64,000 bases of DNA from assembly GCA_050084985.1 (NCBI GenBank), contig JBITNC010000001.1, forward strand, positions 158,906,001 through 158,970,000. The letters run 5' to 3'. Within the stretch, counting starts at the first letter, position 1; the number at the start of each line of letters is the position of its first letter. Source of the DNA: Nageia nagi. Lineage: Eukaryota > Plantae > Pinophyta. The notes beneath the pieces are model-generated. The model was not told the DNA's origin, ran no database searches, and saw nothing but the letters and a program-made list of their open reading frames with translations. Positions 26,601-37,464 of the stretch are shown here, one piece after another. A program made the translations under genes and the position numbers.

Positions 26601-29600
26601 TATCATCTCATTGAATTTTCATTTGGGAGTCGATTCCCATTTTAGAGTGGGAATCTTCCTTGGCCTCGATCTCTATCTCTCTCCTTGCACCTCATGCGTA
26701 GCTCCTTCATCACCAGATAACCTTTCTTTTGTAGAATCATTGACCCATTATTGTCTCTCATTCATGATTACCCAATCTGATGCCTCTTCAAATCTACTGA
26801 TCTTCCTAGTAGACATCATCTCCTTGTAGGATCTAGTGTAATAACAATGAATCCTTGTTCTCATGCATAGGCTACCAAGATCCAGGCTCTAATACCACTT
26901 GTGATGGTCCAAAATGAACCTCAAACCAAATATTAGTAAATAATAATCAAACACCCAACTAGGGTTTCCTACACCCTCAAAAATGCAAACCCTGCACTAA
27001 CATTAGCCCTTTAAGGCACACAACAATACTACAAGCTTGACATTAGCCTCTTAGGGTTTTCAATCACACTAAACACCCAACAATTGATCATAATGATGAA
27101 TTAATGAATTACATACATCCACAATGTCTATATTGAAAAACCAATATAAATAAACACCACAATAAATCCACATGTACAAATAAGGAACAAAGATGTTCAA
27201 CAATGCCATAAGAATAGAATTGATAACACAAAGCTAAGATCCAATGCCCATTGGCTTGTATTATGATAGGAAATGATTTACAATACAAAACCTTGCTCCA
27301 AGAGTTAGACATTAGCCTCATCGTAGCCAACTAGGGAAAAATCACTAAGAAATCTTCATTATAATATGCCAAACCATAGGCTTAGATCCACAACCTCATA
27401 ACTCAATTCCTCTCCACTAAAGGAGCCCTCCTCGAACCCTGATGACTAACTTAATGGTAGAGATGTATCCTTAGAATGCCATCAGAATGGGCTTGGTGAC
27501 CTACCAGAGTCATATATAGTCAAGGATCCTAACATCTGCATATCCTCTAGATGACCTGTCTAGGATGTGTTGCTTAGTACCACTAAGTCTTTTACCTAAA
27601 GGTTTGGTATAAAAAAATATAATCAATAATCTACCTAGCAATGAGGCTCTCATGTCTATTTATACTTTTCCTTATGTTTGGAGCTTACCTTAAAATCATT
27701 CCAAGCCCCTCTTACTCCAATTTTGGGGTCAATATGGTCAAACTAGCCAATGTGGGGATCATAAAATCCCTTTATGATGATGTGGGGGTCATAATGGTCT
27801 ATATAGTTGAGGTGGGGGTCATGGAGTGCTTAAGTGCCAATGTGGGAGTGTGGTACCCTCCTCAACATAGTGCAATCATGTTGAAGTTTTTCCAACCCAT
27901 AAGCACATATATAAACATCAGGATTCCTCTAATTCAAGATCTCTATACAACTCACAAGCCAAAACTACTACTCAAGAGGGATACATCCTTGGGGTTCATA
28001 GTGGGGTCCATAGGACCCATTATTATTCTTGTCCTGAGTTACAATGAAGTACATGAAAATACACTCTACTGGTATATTACAAGATGACCCAATGGGTCCC
28101 ATTACATATTCAAGGGGGACATCAAAAATTCATGTATATCTTTTCACCAGAGAATCAATTAGAAATTAGACACCATGGTTAAGATAATGAAATAAGTATT
28201 AGCCAAAATGGGTGAGATAGAGGCACCTCCAAAGGAAATTAAGGAGGAATCCCATGAAATACCTTGCCAACAAATGATGAATCTAGACTGTGTTGTACAA
28301 TAATATCAAGAAAAACCCAAATATTTCATAGACATAGTCTCTTTTCCTACTTACTAGAATGAAAGGCAATAAGACAAGATAAAGCAAAATGAGATTTTAG
28401 AAGACTTGTTGATTTTCCTAATCATGAAAGTGGAAAAGTGGATAGACACATGGAAGGCTTACAATTAGAAAAATTAGGAAGTACTAGAAGATAAAACAAG
28501 GAAGTAATTACTATGAGATCCTAGTACATCTATTTCAACATCAAATTTTCCTAAGGCAAAGCTAACTAAAGCACTAGATATTTTTGGACCACACCACATC
28601 AAGACCCTAAATAATATTGTTGATGATTGCTTCAAATAAAAACAAGACCTCCCAAGGAATAACCATCAATACACAACAAAAGGCAATAAAGAAGAATGAA
28701 CATTGCTTCAAAGCATTGAGGAACCTAAAGAAGAAAGAATAGTATGACAAACTCTTAGGAGAAATTAAATTATTGATGAAGGATTACCTAAGGAACCATA
28801 GTTTGTAGACTCAAAATATGTTCCATGGACAAAATATAAACCATAATTTTTTTATTCTAATACCAACTATGAGGAGGATGAAGAAAAGAATCATGAAGAC
28901 TCTATTGCAATTGTTGATGTTCTGAATTTCTTAGAGACAAGCAATTTGAGAGGGGTGAAATTGTAATGTCCCCATTTTTATGGAGTTTTCCCCATTTCAC
29001 TTATGATAAATGGAAACATTATATTAGGAGTATTTCTATTTAATTTTGGTAATTTAGTGGATTTTTAGCCCAATTATCGTAAGTTTCACTTGGAGAGTAT
29101 TTAATTACTCTAATTATGGGATGTTGGGGTAGATTTTAGTTTATTAGGTATTATTTTATATTTAATAATGCTAGTAATTATATAATTGAAATATCAAGGT
29201 AATTAATATTTGTAAATGCAATATTAGTCACCTAATTTGGGATGTTGCATATTTAGAGCCTTGATGATTATAAATTAGCATTAATGGGCCTTTGTTGTAT
29301 TTATTGCTCTGCTTTTGAGGTAGAGAATGAACTTAGGTGATTTCACCCATCATGAGGCACAAGAAGTTACCTTATCTTGGATGTGGCATACTTAAAGAGA
29401 TATTGGGAATTTCAAGGCACTGAAAAGCACCCACACTTGGATGTTGGTCTTATGAAGAGGATTAAATCCCACATTAAGTATATGGGCATCCCAAGACATC
29501 CATGTCTCACCTTGGAGTCTTGCTAGCTTGTGGCATTGACATCAAGGAACATGGAATTCCACACTTACCTAACGTTGGCATTTTAGGCCCTTGGATGTGC

Positions 29601-30492
29601 TAACACTCAACTCAAGGCATCCCATCCTATATGTTGGATAAGGAACACACAAATCAATGTTGGACACCATTGGATCAACCCTAAGGCATGATTAGAATAT
29701 AAGCTACCTCATTTGTATAAGGAGGGCTCTTGGAAGACTAAAGGCATGTTATGATTATTATTTCTTCTTCTTGGTTTAAGCTTGTCTCTTCCAAAATTTC
29801 ACTTCTTCAAAGTGAGGTACTTGTAGCGGGTTGTAGTACAAGACTTATGTGGGAACACACTTGGGGGTTGGTGCAACCCAAGTTGTTAGCTATCTATTTA
29901 AGGGGTGTTGGCATTACCCTTGAATTAAAATAATATTGCTAATGGATCTTTGAGATTCCACCACAACTGTTGGAGAAGGAACCCCTGGTGACCACTTCAC
30001 CACAATGCAGATACTAAGCCTTGGTGCATCAATCTTCATAGAAACTATATTTCAATTAAGATTCATCACATTCCATATTTGAATACAATTACATTAGTGT
30101 GTTATCTCTTTGTTATTTCTCTTCTTATTCTTTGATGTTAGATAGTTAAATGCATAATTGATCTATCTATATATTATTTGGCTTCCATAATTGTTGCGTT
30201 GGATATTTATATGCTATTTATTGAGTTCTTGTTATTATTATTGGATGTGGAGTTTTTTTATGATTATTTTCCAACTAGGCTTAGATGTTTGGATTATTGA
30301 GGTTGGTGCATCACCTTTGAGCTAGAAAGCTAAATGTTGGGATTATTTGCATTATTTGAGCTTGATTGGTGAGATCTGGAGCTTAGGAAACCAACATCCT
30401 TATCCTAGGGCATGTTTGATGGATTGGCTTGTCTAAACTTGAGGGATTTGGGAGAAATCCTAATGAGCCCAATTTAGGCTCATCACACGGGC

Positions 30493-32110
30493 CTCATGTA
30501 TTCTTGAACTTTTTTCATACATATCTTAGGGCCTTTTTTATAAAATTCATATTATATGTATCTTGCAATCATTGCATACCATGAAATTGTTTTTGCATCA
30601 TGCATCTTGTCAAACAATTCTCAAGCCTTATGTATTCCTCCATATTTTGAACCTATGTTTTAGGCTCTTTTATAGAAAACTCATTTCATGTGTATCATGC
30701 AATCATTGCAGACCATGAAACTATTTGCAGGGCCTTTTTATAAAATACATTTTTTGCATATCATCCATTGAAGTTTAAAACTTCATCAACATAGCCTGCA
30801 ATACCAATAAGGTCAACAATGCATGCATAATAATTCATCCCAAAAATAATGCAGTAAAGCCACTCATGGTATTCAAGTATATGCTTCCCTCATCCACTAG
30901 ATCTGCATGATATTAAATTGTGTTTGCATCATGCATATTATCAAACAATTGTTGGGCCTTATGTATTCTTGAAAAGTTTTCATCCACATTTATCAGGAGA
31001 TTTAGTTTATGATTTTTTTAGGCTATCATCTCTCATAGTTGATATGTCCATCTTATCCATGATTTGGCTAGGTCTAAGACAATCATAGATAAGTTTGTTC
31101 AACTGTAGTTGTTTCCCAAGATTCAAATTGCACATCCTTGGATTTACAAATCCAAGTGTGAAATGAAAGATTTGAAGATTGCTAATAGTAATGCTTTTGA
31201 ACAACTTTGTAAGGATAGTATAATTGATGAATACTTTATTAACTTTATTGAGTTTGAGGAGTGTTGAAAGGAGTTACCCAAGCACTTGAGAAGAGTGTTC
31301 TTAATAAAGAGAGATTCATATCCATTCACATGATGAGAAAGATGTTATTAAGATGTAACATAATTTTGCCTTCCCGAGTCATATGGTGGTCTAGAATATT
31401 GATGATAGTGGTCACAAATTTTGGTTTGGTTTTACACTTGGCAATCTTGTTATATGATGTATATCAATTCCATTATAATTTTAGAGTGTAACCTCATAAT
31501 TCCTATACAAATATGTAAGGTACATTGTTCATTCCAATTTCTATCATTTCATGTCATCAAATGATGTTAATTATACATAACTAATGTTTTTATAACATAA
31601 ATTTTAAATTACTAGTTTGATAAGTTTTTTATTTAATTATGCTTAAATTTTCATTATGATTACTAATGCTTACTTCCATATTATGTTATTTCTTAATATC
31701 AATATATGCTTCGTAGTTGTAAATTACTAGTTCGCTCAGTTGGACATCATTCTTGACTTATTTACTTTAAATTCCTAAACAGGAACCAACAAAGCCCCTA
31801 AATTCAATGATATTCATTGTTAGACGTGTAAACTTAAAACATTGGATACCATAGAAAGAGAGGTCCAACAAGATGTGCACCAAAGTTAATAAACATAAAT
31901 AAGATGGAGATTATTTATAATCTAAATGGCTAGCCCATGAAACTATGTTTGCATCATGCATCTTATTGTGTGTATCTTTGTGCTTTATCAAATCATAGTT
32001 GAAAGGCATCCCTACTATAGCCATGAATTACATATCCTCTAATCATTGTAGTCCATGAAACTATGTTTGCATCATGCATATTCCACATTTTACATACATG
32101 TCCACTTGTT
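30493..32110 (-). pseudogene. Continuation of the PPR-fragment mosaic inside the CACTA element
   Basis: Further 133-bp units at ~30493-30724. 30760-30910 reads HADLVDEGSIYLNTMSG/YCIIFGMNYYACIVDLIGIAGYVDEVLNF. More pieces at ~30916-30990, 31935-31965 and 32020-32105 (VDMYVKCG, VSWTTMIRGY). Confidence 0.8.
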
Positions 32111-32341
32111 GCTTGATCATATGGGTATTCTTAATTATTTGAGCATAATTGTAGAGCATATTGAATTTTAGTGTGCTTATCTTTGTATTCATGTTCCATT
32201 TGCATTGTATAATCATACATGTCCAAAAATGAGTCCCAAAAGTTGTTGTGATTATGGTAACAAACATGTCAAAAAGTGATAAACCTATCAAGCATTTCAA
32301 GTTTTTTGAGTTTGTTGAGGCACGAGGGTAGAGGAGAGGAA

Positions 32342-33616
32342 AGAAAGAAAGAAATTATATTAATGTCCATAGATGACCAAAAGCAGTTAATGGGAATGAA
32401 GGGTATACAAGTCTAAAGTAGCATGATGGGCTCAATGGCCCTCACTCAAAGCAAACTATGAAAATTATAAGAACAATATAGGGGTTAATCCCTAAGAGGA
32501 AATAACTAGTCAAACAAAAAAACATAATACACAAACATGGTTAGAGGGGAGGTCTCTCATGATTTGTCTGACTATGCACTCTTGGGCTAATCTGTGTTTG
32601 CATCGACATTGTTGTAGCTAAATAAAGCCATGATCTGCTACAATCTCAAAGAACTCAGGTTAGTATGCACCCTCTATCTAGTACATCGAGTAGGCCAAGG
32701 TAAATCCTCAATCCTCCTACAAAATTGGGAAAAAAGAGGTAATCAGGTGATCACCTTTTGAGTGTTGGGAGTCAGATAATAAATGTTTCCTAAGAAGGAA
32801 AGTCTCTTTGAGATAAAGTGACAAACAACAATGGTATAGGAACTAAAAGAATGTCAAGATCAAGCTATACGCATCTTGAAAAAGATAATGATACCACCAG
32901 TAAATATCATAATAAATCGAACATCGAAAGATGAAATGATCCTCAATCTCAAGCTCTATCAAGCACAATCAATAGACTCAAAGCTCACATGCCAAATGGT
33001 GATCAATCTCGATCTGAAGCTGATGGGAGCACACTTTGAACTGGCCTAGAAACATCCACTAACCAATAGGGATGTGTAGACTAACATAATCAAGAGGTTG
33101 GATCAACCCTCCATCAATCCTTAGGAAGTGATGAGAGCAGTGCAAAAGCTTGGGTGCGAGGGGAGGCTAGGGGAAACCTAAGTGCATTGAATATAGGCCC
33201 TATAAAGCATGTCTTTGATCAAAGCCAATGTAACATTTGGATCTTTATGTGTGTCTCCCTAGGGTATAGGTAACTAATTTGATGAAAACTTGAATCGCTG
33301 CAATACCTCAAAGACCTCAGAGAACCAACACCAACGACAACCCTAAGCTACCAAGTCCATGGATGATGTCAAGGCTCTATAGGGGAATAATTCATCTCTA
33401 CCCATAGAAGCAAAGGTGTGGAGATGATGAAGAAAAAGGACCATCAATGCAAGGGACCATATTTATAAAGGTTGGTAGCCAAACTCTACCAGCATAATTT
33501 TGTGCAAAATAGACCTCTTTCTCTAGATAGAGCATGATAGAGTACCAACCAAGATCCTCTCAACTGTGGCCCAATCCAAGCTCCTCAACATAGGGCCCCA
33601 AACCTCATAACCGTAT
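32342..33616 (-). mobile_element. TSD-flanked non-LTR insertion (LINE ORF1-like remnant plus 3' UTR) inside the CACTA element
   Basis: 10-bp TSD AGGAGAGGAA (32332-32341, 33617-33626). The joined flanks match the uninterrupted homolog at ~1801-1885. Minus-strand 3' end TTAATATAA then (TTTC)3. Weak ORF1-like phrase FIKLVTYTLGRHT*RSKCYIGFDQRHAL. Confidence 0.6.
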
Positions 33617-33639
33617 AGGAGAGGAACAAATAGCAAAGG

Positions 33640-34535
33640 TGTTGATGCAATAGGTATCCTTTCATATCTTGCATACATGTAATCTTGTCAAACAATTATT
33701 GTGCCTTTTATTCTTTTGCATTTTACAAAATACATGTCTATAATTATGATCTAAAATTATACTAAGTACATAAGCATGGTTTTCCTATTCATGCTTTCAC
33801 TTATTATTTTTTTAAATAATTCCCAAGCCTTGTGTATTCTTTCATATTTTGCATACATGTCTATCAAGGCCTTGCATATTTTATCTGTCTTTATCATAGT
33901 AGTCATTTTCTACAAGTCTATGCTTATAATTCTGCTATTGTTGCTTATAATCTACAAGTGCATAAATGAATCTAGTATGGTGGAAGATATGCTGGAGGCT
34001 TATCTCTAGGGGTTGTGCCAGATGCAGGAGCATATAGTAGATGAACACAATGAAGGAGTCATTTATTATATGCTCTTGCATTTGGTACAACCTAAGGCAA
34101 AGTGAGTAGAGGAGAGGAGAGGATTGTTGCCAAGTTTTATTAAACTATTTACAAGTAAGGACACATAGAAAGGTTATATTGTAAGGGTTTGTTCTTAAGT
34201 GCTTCATCATATCAAAGAGTTTAAGGGAATATTTGTTGTAGCTATGAATTGCATATCCTCAAATCATTGAATTCTATGAAATTATGTCTAGGAATTTAGG
34301 TAGCCACATGGAAAGTTATTAAGCAAGTACTAGAAAAGCTTGAAATGTCACTCACCTCTGCAAACTCAAAAAGCTCAAAATACTTGTTCTAACCTCTCCA
34401 CTCCTCTAACCTCCCCTTTGCAAACTATAAAAACTTGAAATTCCTGATAACTTTCCAAGTGGTCAATGAATCATTCTACATGCATTGTTGACCTTCTTAG
34501 TCATCCAGACTCTTAAGGAAGTTTTAAACATCATT
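33640..34535. pseudogene. Further PPR fragments, including an inverted piece
   Basis: Minus-strand pieces at ~33650-33880 and 34170-34290 (AIHSYNKYSLKLFDMMKHLRTNPYNITFLCVL). Plus-strand piece 34466-34535 reads MNHSTCIVDLLSHP../EVLNII. Confidence 0.7.
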
Positions 34536-34586
34536 TCTTAAATGCCCATAAAACCTGAATATGTTATCCTATGTACAATTGCATCA

Positions 34587-35150
34587 TTTTAGAACATATG
34601 GTTGATGAGGCCAACTTATCACTTTCAAATTGATTTTTGACGCTTGGAAAATTTCTTGGTTGGAGGGTTGTTTTCCTTTTCCAAGCTAATTTTTGGGCCT
34701 CATTTGGAGATAGCATTTGGGCTACTTTTCTATAAAGATATGATTTTTTGATATGTAGAAACATTTTGGGTTAAATAGTTATTTTTCTTCTCACTTATCT
34801 TTTTAGAACATATGGTGGATGAGGTCAACTTGTCACTTTCAAATTAGTTTTTAACACTTGGAAAATTTCTTGGTTGGAAACTTATTTTCCGTCTCCAAGC
34901 CAATTTTTGGGCCCCATTTGGAGACCTATTTTGGGCTTCTTTTTCTAAAAGCATGTGATTTTTTGACATTTAGAAAAATTTTGGGTTAAATAGTTATTTT
35001 CCTTCTCTAACTTTCATATCGTATGTTGGTGCATTTAGATTATTTCATATGGTAAACTTGGATCAATGTGTTTTACTTAGATCATTTCATATCATATGTT
35101 GGTGCATTTAGATCATTTCATATCATATGGTGGACTTGGATTATTTCATA
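34587..35150. repeat. Tandem duplication (2 x 214 bp) followed by short ~30-bp repeats near the right end of the CACTA element
   Basis: AGAACATATGG at 34591 and 34805 with co-linear similarity, then ATCATTTCATATCATATG(T/G)TGGTGCATTTAG-type repeats. Confidence 0.85.
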
Positions 35151-37464
35151 GTCATAGACTAGGTCATTATAGAGGTGTGGTTAAGTGTTCCTTCGAGTGT
35201 CACCAATCAATCTTGGACTATGATGTGTAAGGTAAGAGATTGAATGATGACTGGTTAGTTCCACTATGCCAACCTTCAGGAGCCCATGGTCAGCACTATG
35301 CTTGAGCTCTTGTGCCTCGACTATCTAAGGATAGCGTAGTTCAAAAGCATTCTTCCTTCATGTTTTAAAAACATGATGAAATGTACTTTTAAACTACATC
35401 TATTTTTTTTAATTAATTATTATGAAACACTATTGTGGTGGTTTTAAACCATCCCCATATAGTTTAAGGGAGTAGGTTATAGCCCACCATGAGAAATTTA
35501 AGCAATGGTTTATGGCAATATAAGTCAATGTGAATTAATCATCACCATATACAACAAACCTATAATGATGTGTGCTTAGATGGCGAGTTAATAACAGTTA
35601 GTAAAGGGCTTTAATGGGGGGTTAGAATAGTCTCAAAAGGCCCTTTTTAATATAGTGGAAGACTACAAACTTAATGATCGAGTTCCTTAATGTGACACAT
35701 ATTTTCCTCTTCAAATTTTCCATGTATTAACATTTCAACCATTGGTGGGGTTTTATTTCCTTTAACAACTTGTACCCATGATTTTTGGATGGACTATTGG
35801 TGGGAAGTGGCCTCTTGTATGAGATGTTTTTGCAATGCAAGAATATCACACTATTTAGCTTTGAATTTAGAAATTATGTTTGAAGGAGTTGTGCAATCTT
35901 TGCACTAGGATGGACTTGGGAGTGTTCGAGTTGGCCTTATTTTATCCTTCAATTCTACAATAAGAGCATTTTTATCATTTAACTTTTGTAACTCTAAGAT
36001 ATATTTTTCTAATTGCATGATTTTCTTGACTTGTCTAGCTATAATTGTTTGTTGATCTTGAATAGCTAAAAAGAGGGTAGAGATTCATAGCTCGAGTGAC
36101 TAGATTCTTGATTTAAATAGCTTTTCAAGGCCATCAACCCCATCCATGACAAGATCCTCAATTCTCATTATATGTTTTGCTCCAAGAGGTTCATGTTATT
36201 TGTGTGATTGACATCTTTGTTTTTTTCCTTTTAAGGGGCATATTTGATGATGGTGAAGGGCTCAAATATATTTCCAAAGCTAGTGCACTTTAAGCCCTTC
36301 ATCCTTGATCGAGAATATCATTCATATACGAAGAAATCAACAACCTTAAACTAAGGAAAAATAGGAAAGTCGATCTAAGATAAACAAAGAGAACAAAATA
36401 AGATTTGTTACCTTTCCTTTTGTTTATCATTTGATTTAGTCCAAATTCAAATCTAAATTTTAAAATTCAATTTTAAACCCCTTTCAAGAAATAACCTCAT
36501 ACTATTCAAGAAATAACCTCATACTATGCCTTCATGCAAAGCAGATTTAAATTTAAATTTAAATTTAATCCCTTTAAAGGAAAAAATTTAAACAAACAAA
36601 TAAACCTTACTTTCAAACTATGTCTTTACCCAAGGGAGGTGGACCCCACAAAGGGAGGGGGCTCATGGGACACACAAGTAGAGTTTTCTAAGTAGGCTAC
36701 CAAAGTAAGTACAAATCAACAATGAGGTCATTGAAGTCATTGGTTATTGTCTCAAGCAAGGGTCAAATTTGAAGGGTGGATCAACTTTTCAATTGAAAAG
36801 TAATTTTTAGCTTTTTCCCTTCAATATTGAAAGGTTTTTTTCATATTTCAATTGAAAATTTTCATCAATAACATCTTGTCAAGATAAAAACTTTATTCCT
36901 ATTCACATATTCAAAAAGTTAAGATAAAAATTCTAATAATTTATTAAATAGATAAAAATTTACTATATTTTTTTAATATATCATTAACAAAAATTAATAA
37001 TCTCAATAATTTTAAGTATGTTGATCTAAGATGGGAGTTTTTTCAATGTTATAGCAAAAAAATTAAATGAATCTTAACATTCTAAATTTTAAGTATATTA
37101 ATTTGAGGTGAAATCTTTTTGAAATATTATTATTTAACATTTTCAAAAAAAAAGAACTCCAAAATTTTAGAGTTCTTAAATTCTCTCTTATAAGATTACT
37201 TTACTTTCAAAATATTAAAAGTACCTTTATAACAGGTTCAATATCTTATTTATTTCTTTATTTATTGAAAAAAAAATATTACATAAAATAATATATTGCT
37301 ATAATAAAAAATATATACTTTATTTCTTAACATACTTTCTTATGATATAGATTTATAAATTTAACCTATTTGAAACTACATATCCAAGTTTAATTAACAC
37401 AAAAGAATAATTCTAATTTTAATTATAACATCAAAATTTTATCAATACAATTAATACCATAATT

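Larger units (their letters stand above)
5229..28124 (-). mobile_element. LTR retrotransposon B, gag-protease only (5' LTR 26900-28124; 3' LTR <5229-6379), nested in A
   Basis: Paired LTRs, minus strand TGATGTCCCC...CCATCACA. tRNA-Met PBS TGGTATTAGAGC (26886-26897). PPT GGGGAGGCTTTT (6380-6391). The gag phrase WWRHGVIS*GYAL|ITSFNEFTKRIVKRFD rejoins across element C. Protease VMLMIDLGVTHNLID (~7430-7390) and ILGVQWL..LTMSFKVDGKVHTLQGI. No RT, RNase H or integrase core between protease and PPT. Confidence 0.88.
3699..30487 (+). mobile_element. LTR retrotransposon A (5' LTR 3699-~5128 running into the gap; 3' LTR 28962-30487, 1526 bp)
   Basis: The two LTRs are co-linear direct repeats, T(A/G)TAATGTCCCC...CATCACA. 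PPT GAGAGGGGTGAAAT at 28948-28961. Degenerate TSD TGGAC/CGGGC (3694-3698, 30488-30492; two transitions). The PPR repeat unit rejoins across the insertion. Confidence 0.88.
1411..35657. mobile_element. Non-autonomous CACTA (En/Spm) DNA transposon carrying PPR gene fragments (Pack-CACTA), ~6.2 kb once later insertions are removed
   Basis: Left end CACTAGACCAAAAATAAGCTTTAGAGTC (1411-1438). Right end reverse complement CACTATATTAAAAAGGGCCTTTTGAGAC (35630-35657), 19/28 identical. 3-bp TSD GAA at 1408-1410 and 35658-35660. GGTGGTTTT-type subterminal repeats near both ends (~1536, ~1665, ~35437). No transposase recognised. Confidence 0.8.
1283..36151. mobile_element. Probable solo LTR (~620 bp: 1283-1410 plus 35661-36151) split by the CACTA insertion
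   Basis: Starts TGTAAGTGTCCCC at 1283, similar to other LTR starts here (TGTAATGTCCCC). Candidate end CCATGACA at 36151. AGAT flanks both sides (1279-1282, 36152-36155). The right boundary is uncertain. Confidence 0.45.

Noticed and set aside
27641-28087. 148-aa ORF (and its twin 5986-6270) as a gene
   Set aside because: It lies within LTR B and is built from short AATGT(G/T)GGGGTCA repeats; the reading frame is not preserved between the two LTR copies.
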